Origin: an uncultured delta proteobacterium
GTDB taxonomy: Bacteria > Myxococcota_A > Polyangia > Fen-1088
Assembly (NCBI GenBank): GCA_963737265.1
Contig: CAVTRY010000014.1
Coordinates: forward strand, 192,001 to 256,000
Direction of reading: 5' to 3'
Length of the DNA stretch: 64,000 bases
Shown: positions 33,946 to 46,131 of the stretch, one piece after another
How positions within the stretch are numbered: the first letter of the stretch is position 1
Layout: every line of letters starts with the position of its first letter
Notes under the pieces: generated by a model
What the model was told of the DNA's origin: nothing
The model's database searches: none
Seen by the model: only the letters and a program-made list of their open reading frames with translations
Made by a program: the position numbers and the translations under genes

Positions 33946-33952
33946 GACGGCA

Positions 33953-34489
33953 TCATCGCACGCGCGGGCGCGCCGGTCGCGTTTCTGCTGTGCGCACGGC
34001 AAGGGCGTGGTGGCGGGCATGGCAGATAGCGATGGCGAGCGCATCCGCTGCGTCGGCATCCGGCACGCGCCGCAGCGACAGGAGCGCACGGACGAGATAG
34101 CCGACCTGCTGCTTGGTCGCCGCGCCGTGCCCGACGATGGTTCGCTTCACGCGCGCGGGCGCATAGCCCGAGACCTTGAGCCCGACATCGGTCACGATGA
34201 AGGTCACCATGCCGCGCGCCTCGCCCAGCGCCAGCGTGGCCTGCACGTTCTTGCCGAAGAAGGCCTGCTCCATGGCGACCTCGTCGGGGTGCAGCTCGGC
34301 GACCAGCTCGCGCAGGCTTCGGCCGATGGTCATGAGGCGTTCGGGCCGGTCCATGCCCGCCGGCGCGGAGATCACCCCGCACTCGACGTAGGCAAGCTGC
34401 GCGGGGCCGGTGCGGTCGACGATGCCGTAACCCAAGCGCAACGACCCCGGATCGATGCCCAGTATTCGGACGCGGCCATGCACCGCCAT
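33953..34489 (-). CDS. ruvC: Holliday junction resolvase
   Basis: ILGIDPG, AMEQAF, LGEARG, GHGAATKQQV, DAADALAIAICH. Confidence 0.96.
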   Translation of the reverse strand: MAVHGRVRILGIDPGSLRLGYGIVDRTGPAQLAYVECGVISAPAGMDRPERLMTIGRSLRELVAELHPDEVAMEQAFFGKNVQATLALGEARGMVTFIVTDVGLKVSGYAPARVKRTIVGHGAATKQQVGYLVRALLSLRRVPDADAADALAIAICHARHHALAVRTAETRPARPRVR

Positions 34490-34518
34490 CGACTTGGACG
34501 CCCCGTCAATCGCCTCGG

Positions 34519-35262
<744 letters not shown>

Positions 35263-35348
35263 GGCCAACTATCTAACACCTTTCTCGGCAAAAATCGCCC
35301 AAACAGGCAGGCCTGGCGACCTATGGCGCGGGTTGTTGGAGGCCAAGG

Positions 35349-36566
35349 TCACCAGCCCGGCGTGGCGGGGCTGGGCGTATGGCTCCAGGCGTCCGGGCCA
35401 TCGCAAGCGTCGACGCTTATTCTGTACACGCTCTTACCGGACCAGGCGGTGGCGCTGACGTCCACCCATCCGCCATACTGGCTGATCACGTAGCCGTCAG
35501 CCGAAAGCAATTGCACCAGTTCGCCGGTGTTGGACAGGCCGTCGCCCGCCAGCCGCCCTGACAGCGGCAGCACCAGGGTTCCATCCCGTGGCGGCGTATC
35601 CTTCCCATCCGCGTCATTGTAGTTTCGCGGCACCAGGAGACCGTAGGCGCCGGCCGGCAATGCGGCGTCCGGCAATACGTCGCTTCTTGCCTTGTCCGCC
35701 AAGCGCATGCCACCAAGCGCTACGGACTCGCCACCGGCGTTGTAGATTTCGACGAATTCCTGCGTGATCTCCGAACCAGCGGGATTGGCCAGGACTTCGG
35801 TGATCACGATGCGCGGAAGCTGCGGCGGCAAATCCAGCACGACTGGGGCAGACACGGTTGAATTGCCAGCGCGATCGACGATTTGAGCTACCACCTCAGC
35901 TTGAACGGCCGCGGGCAGGTCGGGCATTCGCTTGGCGAAGTCGAGCGTGCTGGCAAGGCTGTCAGAAGTTACGCTCGCCTGGGCGTCGCTGGCGCCGAGC
36001 TCGACCTCCGCGCGAACCACCTCGTCCGCTGCCAGATGCACACGCACGCAACCCTCCGCAGCCGACACCGTGAAGGCTTCGATGCGTGGGGCGAATAGAT
36101 CCGCGCTGCTATCGGTGGTGAACGAGCCGAGACTGGCGGCTGGAATCGGTTTCCCGTCGAGAAAATGCAACGAACCGGCCAGAATCTCCACCGCGTACGA
36201 GGTTGAGGGCGCAAGCTGGCCGCAGGGCACGGTGGCGTAGCAAGTTCCGGCGCAAGACACGGCGGCACCAAGCTGCGCCGACACGCTGTCGCCGCTGTCC
36301 GGCCGCAGCGCAAACGGCGAGCTCCCGGCCGCGGCCGTCACGAGCTCGGGAAAGCTCAGGACGAGACTCGCGAGATTGGTCGGGATTCCGACCGCGCCGC
36401 TTGGCGGATCAACTAGCTGGCCCACCTGAGCCTCGGACGAAGGACCGGCAGACTGGCCAGAGTTGGCCGCGGAGGCTGCGGCCTGGCTCTGGTCGTGTTG
36501 CAGGTCCGTCTCGGGACTACAAGAAACCAAGGCCACCCATGTGATGGAATATTGGAAAGTGCGCAT
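35349..36566 (-). CDS. Lipoprotein with Ig-like domain and C-terminal lamin-tail domain
   Basis: WVALVS-C lipobox; IVITEVLANPAG...EFVEIYN, LSNTGE and ATPG are lamin-tail-domain motifs. Confidence 0.82.
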   Translation of the reverse strand: MRTFQYSITWVALVSCSPETDLQHDQSQAAASAANSGQSAGPSSEAQVGQLVDPPSGAVGIPTNLASLVLSFPELVTAAAGSSPFALRPDSGDSVSAQLGAAVSCAGTCYATVPCGQLAPSTSYAVEILAGSLHFLDGKPIPAASLGSFTTDSSADLFAPRIEAFTVSAAEGCVRVHLAADEVVRAEVELGASDAQASVTSDSLASTLDFAKRMPDLPAAVQAEVVAQIVDRAGNSTVSAPVVLDLPPQLPRIVITEVLANPAGSEITQEFVEIYNAGGESVALGGMRLADKARSDVLPDAALPAGAYGLLVPRNYNDADGKDTPPRDGTLVLPLSGRLAGDGLSNTGELVQLLSADGYVISQYGGWVDVSATAWSGKSVYRISVDACDGPDAWSHTPSPATPGW

Positions 36567-36641
36567 CGCCAGAGATATCGGAAACGCCCGCCACAAGTTG
36601 CGCGCGTTCGCAGCGCGCCTGCCCTATGCTGCCGCCGCCGA

Positions 36642-36829
36642 CAGACTTCAGGCTTCAGGCTTCAGGCCATGGTGGTGGCGGCTGAGTCGAGATCCCGCAA
36701 GGCTTCGGGCTGCAAGCACAGGTCCGGCGGGCAGCCGTCCGGTCCCGACGAACATCGTGGAAGATCGCCGCTCTTGACCAGAGCACCTGAAGCCCTCCTG
36801 GAGCCTGGAGCCTGACGCCTGGAGCCTGA
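36642..36829. repeat. Intergenic palindrome with heptamer-periodic arms
   Basis: Left (CAGGCTT)x3-4 at 36642-36667; right CCTGAAGC...(CCTGGAG)n-like at 36786-36829, the reverse complement of the same heptamer; about 120 nt between the arms. Confidence 0.72.
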
Positions 36830-36870
36830 CACTTGGGTTGCGGGCGGAGCCCGCGCTATGCTTGCCTGGC

Positions 36871-38122
36871 GTGCAGGAAGACAAGGCCACGCCGCCACAA
36901 GCGGCCCTTGACCCGTCGAGCGGCGGCATCGACGGATCTCGCCCGCTCGGGGTGTATGTGCATTTTCCCTTTTGCACGGCACGCTGCCCCTACTGCGATT
37001 TCGCCGTGACGGTGCGGCCCGAGATCCCGCACGATGCCTATGCGGACGCCGTGCTGGCGGAGTTGAACGTCCGCGGGGCTTGGTTCAAGGGCGACGACGG
37101 ACCTCGTCTCGTTTCGATCTACTTTGGCGGCGGCACGCCCGGACGCTGGCGCGCAGATGCGCTCGGCCGGGTGCTCGCGGCCACGCAGCAGACGTTCGAC
37201 AGCGGCGCCGAGCTCGAAATCACCGTCGAGGCCAATCCGGGCGATCTCGAAAGCTCGACCCTGCGCGAGCTGTGCGCGCGTGGGGTGAATCGTCTGTCCT
37301 TCGGCGCCCAGGCATTTCAAGATCGCCTGCTGCAAAGCCTGGGACGGCAGCACGATGCCGCGGCCATCGCCCACGCCTTCCGCGCCGCCCGCGCGGCTGG
37401 CTTCGACAACCTGTGCGCGGATTTGATGTTCGGCCTGCCCGGCCAGAAGATGAACGACTGGCGGGAATCGCTAGCCGCCCTGTGCGCGCTGGCGCCGGAG
37501 CACATCACCGCCTACGCCTTGACGGTGGAATCGGGCACGCCGTTCGGGGTGCTGCAACGCGCGGGCAAACTGCGCCGTCCCGGCGACGACACCGTGGCCG
37601 CCATGTATTCCCTGTGCCACGACGAGCTGACCGCGGCTGGGTACGAGCACTATGAGATATCGTCCTACGCGCGCCCCGGCCGGCGCAGCGTGCACAACAG
37701 CCTCTACTGGACCATGGGCGCCTACCTCGGGCTCGGTGTTTCGGCGTCGTCGTTTCGCCCGCTTGCCAGCAGCGACGGCTGGCGCTTCGCCAATCCTCGA
37801 TCGTTTGGAACGTATGCGCGCCAGCTGGCTGCGCACGCTGGCGCCGTGCCGCCCGTGCACGTTCGAGCGTCGCTCGCCCGCGCAAGTCGAAGACGAGGCG
37901 CTGTGGCTCGCCCTGCGCATGTCCGACGGCGTGGATCGCCAAGCCCACCAGCGCCGTCACGGCGTCGACCCACTCGCACTTCCCGAGCGCGCCGCCGCGG
38001 CCGCCTTGTGCGAGAAAGCCGGCTGGCTCGAAATTACGCCGCGCACGCTGCGCCTGCTGCCCGCTGGATTCCTGTTCGCCGACGAGGTCGCGGTTCGGCT
38101 GGCGCGAACCTTCACGGGGTGA
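36871..38122 (+). CDS. hemW: Radical SAM heme chaperone (one +1 indel at about 37862)
   Basis: YVHFPFCTARCPYCDF, YFGGGTP, EANP, DLMFGLPGQ, YEHYEIS, HNSLYW. Deleting one T at 37862/3 restores HVERRSPAQVEDEALWLALR. Lies upstream of hrcA. Confidence 0.9.
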
Positions 38123-38181
38123 CGGGTGACGTAACCCCTGATGCCTTGGCTCCCGCGTGATTTTAGGGTTAGATCAACGTC

Positions 38182-39213
38182 GTGAACGACATCAGCATTC
38201 GCGCCAAGAAGGTTTTGCATGCTGTCGTTTCCGAGTATCTTTCTACCGGGGACGCTGTCGGGTCGCAGACCGTGGCGCGGCGCTACCCGCTCGAAGTTTC
38301 GGCGGCCACGGTTCGCACGGTGATGGGCGAGCTTGAGGAGGAAGGGCTGTTGCGCCACCTGCATACGTCGGCGGGCCGCATCCCGACCGATCGCGGCTTG
38401 CGCCTGTACGTGGACACGCTGCTGCGCGTGCGCAGCCTATCCGCTTCCGAAAAGGACGATATCCGCGGGCGGCTCGGCCCGGCCACCGAAACGCAGGATG
38501 TCATGCAACGCGTGGCGCGCCTGCTGCGCGAGCTTTCTCACCTGGCGGTGGTGGTGCAAGCCCCGCGCCCGGAGTCCGACGCGGTTTCGCACATGGAATT
38601 CGTGAAGCTGCGCGAAGGGCAGCTGCTCGCGGTGATCGCGTCGTCGAGCGGGCAAATCCAGAACAAGCTCATCCACGCCGATTTTTCCCTTGCGCCCGGC
38701 GATCTCGATCGTATCAACAACTATCTCAACAGCCTGGTGGCAGGTCTGACGGTGGACCAGATGCGGGCGCGACTGCTGCAAGAAATTGAACGGGAAAAGG
38801 AACGCTCGGCCAGCGATCCCATGCTGGCGCGCGCGCTCGGCCTGGCCGCCGCCGCCGTGCCCACCGCCGACACCATCGGCGAGATCCTGCTCGACGGCCA
38901 ATCGAACCTTGTCGCCGATGCCGCCGATCTCGACCGCGTGCGCCGCGTGCTACGCACCCTGGAAGAAAAGGATCAAATCGTCAAACTGCTGGATCGATCC
39001 CTGGCCGCGCCCGGCATTTGCGTGTTCATCGGCGCCGAGGCCAAGCTTGCCGACCTCAGCGACATTTCCGTGGTGGCCAGCAGCTACGGCACCGAGGATC
39101 GCCCGCTCGGCGCCATCGGGGTCATCGGTCCATCGCGAATGGACTATTCCAGGGTCATCCCTCTGGTAGACTTCACCGCCGACGTGATTACCGAGATCCT
39201 TCCCAGGATCTAG
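38182..39213 (+). CDS. hrcA: Heat-inducible transcription repressor
   Basis: VGS, SAATVRTVM, HTSAGRIPTDRGLRLYVD, IGVIGPSRMDY. Confidence 0.96.
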   Translation: MNDISIRAKKVLHAVVSEYLSTGDAVGSQTVARRYPLEVSAATVRTVMGELEEEGLLRHLHTSAGRIPTDRGLRLYVDTLLRVRSLSASEKDDIRGRLGPATETQDVMQRVARLLRELSHLAVVVQAPRPESDAVSHMEFVKLREGQLLAVIASSSGQIQNKLIHADFSLAPGDLDRINNYLNSLVAGLTVDQMRARLLQEIEREKERSASDPMLARALGLAAAAVPTADTIGEILLDGQSNLVADAADLDRVRRVLRTLEEKDQIVKLLDRSLAAPGICVFIGAEAKLADLSDISVVASSYGTEDRPLGAIGVIGPSRMDYSRVIPLVDFTADVITEILPRI

Positions 39214-39260
39214 GTGTAGCCCGATCTAGGCCTCGACCCTGAGTTTGGAGCCGATCATTC

Positions 39261-39902
39261 ATGAGTGAAGACCAAGAGAAACCAGCCGACAACGACCAGC
39301 CGATTTCCACGCCCACCAACGCCAGCGCCCCGGAAACGAGTACCGAAAACGCATCCTCTCGCGATGCCACGCCGCCGACGCCCGAAGAACGCATCGCGAT
39401 CCTCGAGGTCGAAAAGTCCGAGGCCAGAGACCGCATGCTTCGCATCGCCGCGGACTTCGACAACTGGAAAAAGCGAGCGCGCAAGGACCAAGCCGACGGA
39501 GAAATGCGCGCCAAGGAGTCCGTGCTGCGCGATTTCCTGGAAATCATCGACAACCTGGAACGCGCGACTGCATCGTGGAGCGAGGGCAAAGAAGGTGACG
39601 CCAAATCGATCAGGGACGGCGTCGACCTCGTGCTGCGGCAGTTCCGATCGAAGCTGGAACGCTACCAAGTGAAGTCCGTCGAAGCGGCCGGGCTGCCCTT
39701 CGATCCGCGTATGCACGAGGCGATCTCGCAGGTGCCAACCGCCGACGTGAAGCCGGGCTCGGTCCTGCACGAGCTGCAAAAGGGCTACCTCATCGGCGAC
39801 AAGCTGCTTCGTCCCGCCATGGTCGTCGTCGCGGCGGCACTGCCCGCCACGAAGCCTCAGGACAGCGAACCCGCCGCCAGCAAGACCGATGGAGAAGACT
39901 AA
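39261..39902 (+). CDS. grpE: Nucleotide exchange factor
   Basis: [38 protein letters not shown]. Confidence 0.96.
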   Translation: MSEDQEKPADNDQPISTPTNASAPETSTENASSRDATPPTPEERIAILEVEKSEARDRMLRIAADFDNWKKRARKDQADGEMRAKESVLRDFLEIIDNLERATASWSEGKEGDAKSIRDGVDLVLRQFRSKLERYQVKSVEAAGLPFDPRMHEAISQVPTADVKPGSVLHELQKGYLIGDKLLRPAMVVVAAALPATKPQDSEPAASKTDGED

Positions 39903-39907
39903 CCACC

Positions 39908-41758
39908 GTGGGCCGAATCATCGGTATCGATCTTGGCACGACCAACTCGTGCGTGGCAGTGGTTGAGGGTCTCGAACCGCTGGTCATTCCCAACGGCGAA
40001 GGGTCGCGCACAACACCGTCGGTCGTCGCCTTCACCGGCGAAGGCGAACCGCTGGTGGGGCAGATCGCGAAGCGACAAGCGGTGACCAACGCGGAAAACA
40101 CCGTGTCCGCCGTGAAGCGGCTCATGGGGCGAAAGTTCGCCGACGGCGAGGTCAGCCGGCACGCCAAAAACTCGACCTACGAGATCGCCGTGGCCGACAA
40201 CGGCGACGCCTGGGTTCGCGTGCAGGGGCAGGGTTATGCGCCGGCGCAGATTTCGGCCTACATCCTCGATCGCATGAAGCGAACCGCCGAGGACTACCTC
40301 GGCGAGCCCGTCACCGATGCGGTCGTCACGGTTCCCGCCTACTTCGGCGACAGCCAGCGCCAGGCCACCAAGGACGCCGGCCGTATCGCGGGCCTCAACG
40401 TCAAGCGCATCATCAACGAGCCCACCGCCGCCGCACTTGCCTACGGGCGCTTGTCCGTGGTGTCCGACGCCAAAATCGCGGTCTACGACCTGGGCGGCGG
40501 CACTTTCGACGTCTCGCTGCTCCACCTGCACGAAGGCGTGTACCAGGTCACCGCGACCAGCGGCGACGGCTTTTTGGGCGGCGAAGACATCGACGCTCGC
40601 ATCGTCAGCCATCTGGCGGAAGCCTTCCAGGCCCAGCACGGCGTCGACTTGCGCGCCGACCGAATGGCCTTGCAGCGCCTCCGCGAGGCCGCCGAACGCG
40701 CCAAGCACGAGCTGTCGACCAGCCTCGAAACCGAGATCAACCTGCCCTTCATCGCCGCCACCGCCGACGGTCCCAAGCATCTCATGCTCACGCTCACGCG
40801 CGGCAAGCTGGAAACCATTTCGGAAGACATCATCGGCCGCACCCTGCCGCTGTGTGAAAAGGTGCTGAAGGACGCGGGCTGGAAGGTCGCGGACATCGAC
40901 GAGGTCATCCTGGTGGGCGGCCAGACCCGTATGCCGCGCGTCCAAGATTTGGTGACGTCCTTCTTTGGCAAGAAAGGCTCGCGCGCGGTCAACCCCGACG
41001 AAGCGGTCGCGGTGGGCGCGGCCCTGCAAGGCGCCGTGCTGTCGGGCGACCGGCAGGATGTGCTTCTTCTCGACGTGACGCCGCTGTCGCTTGGCGTGGA
41101 AACCGCGGGGGGCGTTTTCACGCGCCTAATCCCGTACAACACGACGATCCCGGTGCGGCGGGCGAAGGTCTTTTCCACCGCGGTCGATAACCAGCCCTAC
41201 GTCAACGTGCACGTGCTGCAAGGCGAGCGCGAAATGGCCGACGACAACAAAAGCCTGGCGCACTTCCAGCTCACCGGCATTCCACCAGCGCCGCGCGGCT
41301 CGCCCCAGATTGAAGTGTCCTTCGACATCGATTCCAACGGCATCGTGAGCGTATCGGCTAAGGATCTTGGAACGGGCAAGGAACAGAGCGTGACGGTGAA
41401 GCCGACCTCGGGCCTGACCGAGATGGAGATCAAGAAGTTCATCGCCGACGCCGACAGCAACCGTTTGGCCGACCAAGCCAAGAAAGAGCTGGCGGACATG
41501 CGCAACAACGCCGAGACGCTCATCTACGGCGCGGAAAACACCTTGCGGGAATTCGGCGAAAAGCTCGATCCCTTGGCACGCGAACGCGTCCAGCTTGCCC
41601 TCGACGAATGCAAGTACGTCGTCGAATCGGACAGCGACAATGTCAGCCGCCTGCGCGAATCGCTCGGCCGCCTCGAGGCCGAGGCGCACGTCCTGTTCTT
41701 GTCTTTGCAGGGGGGCTCGGCGAGCGACGGAAGCTCCTCAACTGGCGGCAGCTCGTAG
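39908..41758 (+). CDS. dnaK: Hsp70 chaperone
   Basis: [52 protein letters not shown]. Confidence 0.97.
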   Translation: MGRIIGIDLGTTNSCVAVVEGLEPLVIPNGEGSRTTPSVVAFTGEGEPLVGQIAKRQAVTNAENTVSAVKRLMGRKFADGEVSRHAKNSTYEIAVADNGDAWVRVQGQGYAPAQISAYILDRMKRTAEDYLGEPVTDAVVTVPAYFGDSQRQATKDAGRIAGLNVKRIINEPTAAALAYGRLSVVSDAKIAVYDLGGGTFDVSLLHLHEGVYQVTATSGDGFLGGEDIDARIVSHLAEAFQAQHGVDLRADRMALQRLREAAERAKHELSTSLETEINLPFIAATADGPKHLMLTLTRGKLETISEDIIGRTLPLCEKVLKDAGWKVADIDEVILVGGQTRMPRVQDLVTSFFGKKGSRAVNPDEAVAVGAALQGAVLSGDRQDVLLLDVTPLSLGVETAGGVFTRLIPYNTTIPVRRAKVFSTAVDNQPYVNVHVLQGEREMADDNKSLAHFQLTGIPPAPRGSPQIEVSFDIDSNGIVSVSAKDLGTGKEQSVTVKPTSGLTEMEIKKFIADADSNRLADQAKKELADMRNNAETLIYGAENTLREFGEKLDPLARERVQLALDECKYVVESDSDNVSRLRESLGRLEAEAHVLFLSLQGGSASDGSSSTGGSS

Positions 41759-41761
41759 CGC

Positions 41762-42866
41762 ATGCGAGGCGCGCCGGCACGCGATCCCTACGATGTCCTG
41801 GGCGTCGATCGCCAGGCTGTGGCGGCCGACATCAAGGCCGCTTACCGCAAGCTGGCCTTGCAGCACCATCCTGATCGCAATCCGGGCGATCATGCCGCCG
41901 AGGAAAAATTCAAGGAAGTCTCGCGCGCCTACGCCGTGCTGAGCGACGAGGGCAAGCGCGCCAACTACGATCGCTTCGGCGCCACCGCGACCGACATACC
42001 GTTCGGTGCCGACGCCGACCTGCGCACGGTCACCAATTTCTTCGACGCCGTGTTTGGCGACCTTTTCGGCACCGGCCGCAAGCGGGCCGCGGGCCAGGAT
42101 TTGCGCTACACCCTCGAGCTCGGCTTCGAGGAAGCGGCCTTGGGTTGCGAGAAGGAAATTCACTTCACGCGCACCGGCGACTGCGAGAGTTGTCGCGGCA
42201 CCGGAGCCGAGGGCGGCGCCGCGGGCCTCGTGCCTTGCTCAAGCTGCGATGGCCAGGGTTTCACGCGGCAGAAGACCGGCTTTCTTTCGACCCGAAGCGA
42301 ATGCCGGACGTGCGGCGGCGCCGGCGAAGTGGCGCGCGTGCGCTGCAAGGCGTGCGCGGGCGCCGGGCTCACCGAAGGCGAACGCGCCTTCACCGTGCGT
42401 GTGCCACCGGGATCGCAGGCCGGCACCACCCAGCGTGTGCCCGGCGAGGGATCTCCCGGTTGGCGCGGCGGCCCGGCCGGGGATCTGCACGTCATTGTGC
42501 GCGTGAAGCCGCACCCCTTCTACCGGCAAGAGGGCGACATCCTGGTGTGCGAAGCGCCGCTGTCCTTCGACGAAGCCGCGCTCGGCACCGAGCTCGAAGA
42601 TTCCGCTCCTCGACACGCGGGTGCGCATGAAGATCCCCGCTGGCACCCAATCGGGCAGTGTGTTTCGCGTTCGCGGCAAGGGCCTGCCGCGCGCCTCGGG
42701 CGCCGGCCGCGGCGACGCCCACGTACACATTAGCGTCGAGATTCCAACCGAGGTGTCCGGCGAAGCACGCACGCTTCTTGCGAAACTCGGGGCAACGCTC
42801 GGCGACGCCGCTTATCCTCGGCGAAAGGCCTTCCGCGCCCGTGCGCCGAAGGCCGGTCAAGAGTAA
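41762..42866 (+). CDS. dnaJ: DnaJ chaperone (one +1 indel at about 42597)
   Basis: J-domain HHPDRN; four CxxCxGxG motifs. Deleting one base at 42597-42599 restores [22 protein letters not shown]...RGKG. Confidence 0.93.
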
Positions 42867-42875
42867 AACAAGACC

Positions 42876-43844
42876 ATGCCCATCCTGAATATCGCGCTGT
42901 TCCTGACCACCCTGCTGACCACCACGGTCCAGGGCGCGCTCATGCAGCACGGCGGCTCCGGCATGTTTCCGCTCAGCGACGGGCTTTCCTTCTCCCTGCC
43001 GCTCATGGCGATCCTGCTGTGCCACGAGATGGGCCACTATGTGGCCGCCCGCATTCATCGCGTGCCCGCGTCGCTGCCCTACTTTGTCCCCTTGCCGCCC
43101 GGCCTCGGCATGTTCGGCACCATGGGCGCGGTGATTCTTCAGTCGCGCACCACCGATCGCCGCAAGCTCATCGACATCGGCGCCGCCGGTCCCCTGGCGG
43201 GCCTCATCGTGGCAATCCCGGTGCTCGCCTACGGCCTCCATCTTTCGCCGGTCGGCCCCATCGAGGGCGGTTTCCAAGAAGGCAACTCGCTGCTCTATGC
43301 GGTGCTGAAACGACTGGTTTGTGGGGCGTGGCTGCCCCAGCAGGGCATCGACGTAAACTTACATCCGGTTGCCTTTGCCGGCTGGGCCGGGCTGCTCGTG
43401 ACCATGCTGAATCTTTTGCCCATTGGGCAGCTCGATGGTGGTCACGTGGCGATCGCGTTCTTCGGCAACGTGTACGGTCGTGCGGGCCAGTTCCTCCGCC
43501 GCATGTTGCTGCCGCTGTCGCTGGTAGTGACCGCGGCCGTGTACTACAGTGTGTCGCAGGAGCTGGCCCGTGCCGATCCGACGCAGCGGTTTTCGCCGTG
43601 GTCCATCGCCATTCCGGCCGGAAGCGTTTGGCTCGTGTGGTTCATCATGCTCGGCGTTCTCCGCCGCGTGTCGGGCGGAGTCGACCATCCGCCGGTCGAC
43701 GACCGTCCCCTGCCGCAAAGTCGCGCCGTCCTGTTTTGGACCGTCGTGATCACCTTCGTCTTGATCTTCATGCCCGTCCCGTTCCGCACCAACATCGGCC
43801 CGATGCCCAAACCGGACATCCCGGCGCTGGGCAAAATGCCGTAG
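42876..43844 (+). CDS. Site-2 protease (M50) family membrane metalloprotease
   Basis: HEMGH, AGPLAG, NLLPIGQLDGGH; multiple TM helices. Confidence 0.93.
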   Translation: MPILNIALFLTTLLTTTVQGALMQHGGSGMFPLSDGLSFSLPLMAILLCHEMGHYVAARIHRVPASLPYFVPLPPGLGMFGTMGAVILQSRTTDRRKLIDIGAAGPLAGLIVAIPVLAYGLHLSPVGPIEGGFQEGNSLLYAVLKRLVCGAWLPQQGIDVNLHPVAFAGWAGLLVTMLNLLPIGQLDGGHVAIAFFGNVYGRAGQFLRRMLLPLSLVVTAAVYYSVSQELARADPTQRFSPWSIAIPAGSVWLVWFIMLGVLRRVSGGVDHPPVDDRPLPQSRAVLFWTVVITFVLIFMPVPFRTNIGPMPKPDIPALGKMP

Positions 43845-43904
43845 CGGCGGCTGCCCGGCGGTGAAGGTAGTTTGTCCCGTTGGCCAGTACCAGCATGCTG
43901 GGAA

Positions 43905-44003
43905 AGAAGGACCTCGGAGGCAATAGATCAGCGTACCATCAAATCCTGCCAGAAGTCCGAAAGACGCCAAATTTCGGCTATTGCAGCTCTGCGATTGACC
44001 TCG
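43905..44003. repeat. 99-bp direct repeat, copy 1: displaced 3' end of the hydrolase gene at 47486-48682
   Basis: 97/99 identical to 47463-47561. Confidence 0.9.
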
Positions 44004-44696
44004 CTTACGGACCCGTGGTTCACGGAGACTGAAGAGTACCGTCACGGCGAGCCGCTTGGGATCGGCCTCGCTGACCTGCCGAAACTGACAGCGGTCATTT
44101 CGAGCCATGCGCACTACGACCACTTCGATATCGATGCGTTCGCAGCGTACCCGGATAAGTCAGTCCCCTTCTTCGTCGCACCGGGGATGGCCGCGGCGGC
44201 GCGCAAGGTAGGCTTCACAAACGTCCACGAACTCGCACCCTGGCAATCGGCTACCGCTGGCACGCTCACCATCACTGCCGCACCGGGAGCCCACGGCGTC
44301 GAGGAAGTTACCTACGTCGTCCAGGGCAAGGGGGATAGTGTGTACTTCGGAGGCGACACCGAGCTGATTCCACCACTTGAAACCGAGCTCCCGAAGCGTT
44401 TCCCTGTGATCGACCTCAAGCTGCTCTCGGTCAACGGCTTGCACGCAGGCGGGACTCAGGTGGTGATGACCGACCAAGAAGCGGCCAAGCTTGCGGGCGA
44501 GTTGCACGCAGCGGTCGCCGTCCCGATTCACTATAAGTTCCGGGGCGGCATCATCGCGGATACCTTCATCCCCTCATACCACGGGACGGCGGAAGGATTC
44601 CTTGAGGCGGCGACGCGTCGCGGCCGGGCGGGCCCCCTCCCAAGTTGCGAGGTAGGCCTCGGTGCCGAGGAGGTCGTCGTGGCCCATGCACGCTGA
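44004..44696 (+). pseudogene. 5'-truncated MBL-fold hydrolase (UlaG-like)
   Basis: Begins abruptly at LTDPWF right after the repeat; SHAHYDHFD, GAHG, YFGGDT, VPIHY. Confidence 0.75.
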
Positions 44697-44732
44697 AAGC
44701 CAGAACCGTCCCGAGGGGCGCCTGATCACCGG

Positions 44733-45113
44733 ATGCCGACCATGACCTTTCGATTGATGGCACTTGTGATGACGTGTGCCGGCTGCGTACTCGGCCTCCG
44801 CTTCATTTTCACCGGGAGTTCCGTGCTCCGCGAGTGGGGCATCGAGTCGACCGCTGGATCGCTGGTCGTAGCTCGTCGGATTGGCGTAATCTATCTCAGC
44901 CTCGCCCTCGCGTTCTTCCTTGGTAAATCCGCCGGACCCTCGGACATCCGCTCGGCGGTGTGTTTGGCGACGGGCGGAGCAGTCGCGCTGCTCGCGTCTC
45001 TTGGGCTCCTCGAGTTCTGGGCTGGACGAGTCACGGCTGGCATCATCCGCTCTGTCGCCGCAGAGGCGGTGCTCGCGGCGGCCTTCGTCTGGGTGTGGTG
45101 GAGCGGGCGATGA
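44733..45113 (+). CDS. Small 4-TM membrane protein
   Basis: 126 aa, four hydrophobic segments. Confidence 0.65.
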   Translation: MPTMTFRLMALVMTCAGCVLGLRFIFTGSSVLREWGIESTAGSLVVARRIGVIYLSLALAFFLGKSAGPSDIRSAVCLATGGAVALLASLGLLEFWAGRVTAGIIRSVAAEAVLAAAFVWVWWSGR

Positions 45114-45212
45114 CCAATGAAGGTGGTGGGCTCCAAACAGCCTGGAACTGCGAGACAGAAGATCCCCGGGTATAGGAGATACCTTGGCCAAGATCGACGT
45201 GTAGGCCGGCCC

Positions 45213-45590
45213 TTATGGTCGCGCGGGTCCGATTGGCAGAATCCGAACGCGCGATGTGACCTTGTCGATGGACACCACCGCGCCTGCTTCTATCTCGGCC
45301 GTACAGAGGCGCAATACACGGACCACATCCCGCCCGATTACCGACGGCATCACGTCCTGTGTCCGGACCTGAACGATGCTCGGTCCGGCCGCTTGAGAGG
45401 CGGCAAGCAAGGCTGAGAAATCCAGATCGTGCGTGAAGATGACGAATCCGTTGTCGTACGACCAGGTCATGATGACCGAGTCAGAGGCTCTTGGGTCACC
45501 TACCTCACTCCAGTGGACGGACTCGAAGCCCTCCTGTCGCAGGAAGCCGACCCAACTCGTGGGAAGGTTCATATCGAGCAGGATCTTCAT
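45213..45590 (-). CDS. DUF5615 PIN-like (Mut7-C) toxin
   Basis: MKILLDMNLP, ASDSVIM, IFTHDLDF, RVRILPI; overlaps the DUF433 gene. Confidence 0.9.
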   Translation of the reverse strand: MKILLDMNLPTSWVGFLRQEGFESVHWSEVGDPRASDSVIMTWSYDNGFVIFTHDLDFSALLAASQAAGPSIVQVRTQDVMPSVIGRDVVRVLRLCTAEIEAGAVVSIDKVTSRVRILPIGPARP

Positions 45591-45811
45591 ATCAGCGGAA
45601 TTTCGACTTCCTCGGCCCGCCACGCAGCGTAGGAAAGGGCGGCTTGAACGTCGTCCTTCTCAAGGTAGGGGTAAGCCTTGAGAACCTCGTCCACGCTGTG
45701 GCCCGAGGCCAGGAGCCCAACGACAGTTCCTACAGTCACGCGCATTCCACGAATGCAGGGCCGTCCGCCCATCACGGCGGGATCATGTGTGATCCGCTCC
45801 AAGAGTTGCAT
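45587..45811 (-). CDS. DUF433 antitoxin
   Basis: RITHDPAVMGGRPCIRGMRVTV...YPYLEKDDVQAALSYAA; upstream TTGGCT-16-TATACT-7-ATG. Confidence 0.93.
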   Translation of the reverse strand: MQLLERITHDPAVMGGRPCIRGMRVTVGTVVGLLASGHSVDEVLKAYPYLEKDDVQAALSYAAWRAEEVEIPLI

Positions 45812-46131
45812 AACTCGAAGTATACCCTCACTTCCAAGGTAGCCAACACGTGGGCGCCCCGTGCGACTTGGCTTCGCCGGAATATCGCGAACCTGGCAAA
45901 TCGATCACTGAAGTGGACCCCTTTGGTAGGACCAGAAATGGCCCGAGCTAAGAGAGAGTCCGCGTGGGTTTGTTTGTAGATCCGGGTGAGCCTCGCCGGC
46001 AAGGAAATTGTTGAGAGCGGAGGCATGCTGATGGCTGCTGTCCACGGATGCAATGCGCGCACGGCCCCACAGAAGCAGGTGAACGCGTTGCAGTTGTGGG
46101 CAGCGTGCCATCAGCATGATGCAGCGGCGAT

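Noticed and set aside
36830-39260. CIRCE operator for HrcA
   Set aside because: No TTAGCACTC-N9-GAGTGCTAA found upstream of hemW, hrcA or grpE.
45150-45200. KIPGIGDTLA helix-hairpin-helix (IS110-like) remnant
   Set aside because: Needs an assumed indel and spans only about 12 codons; not supportable without a search.
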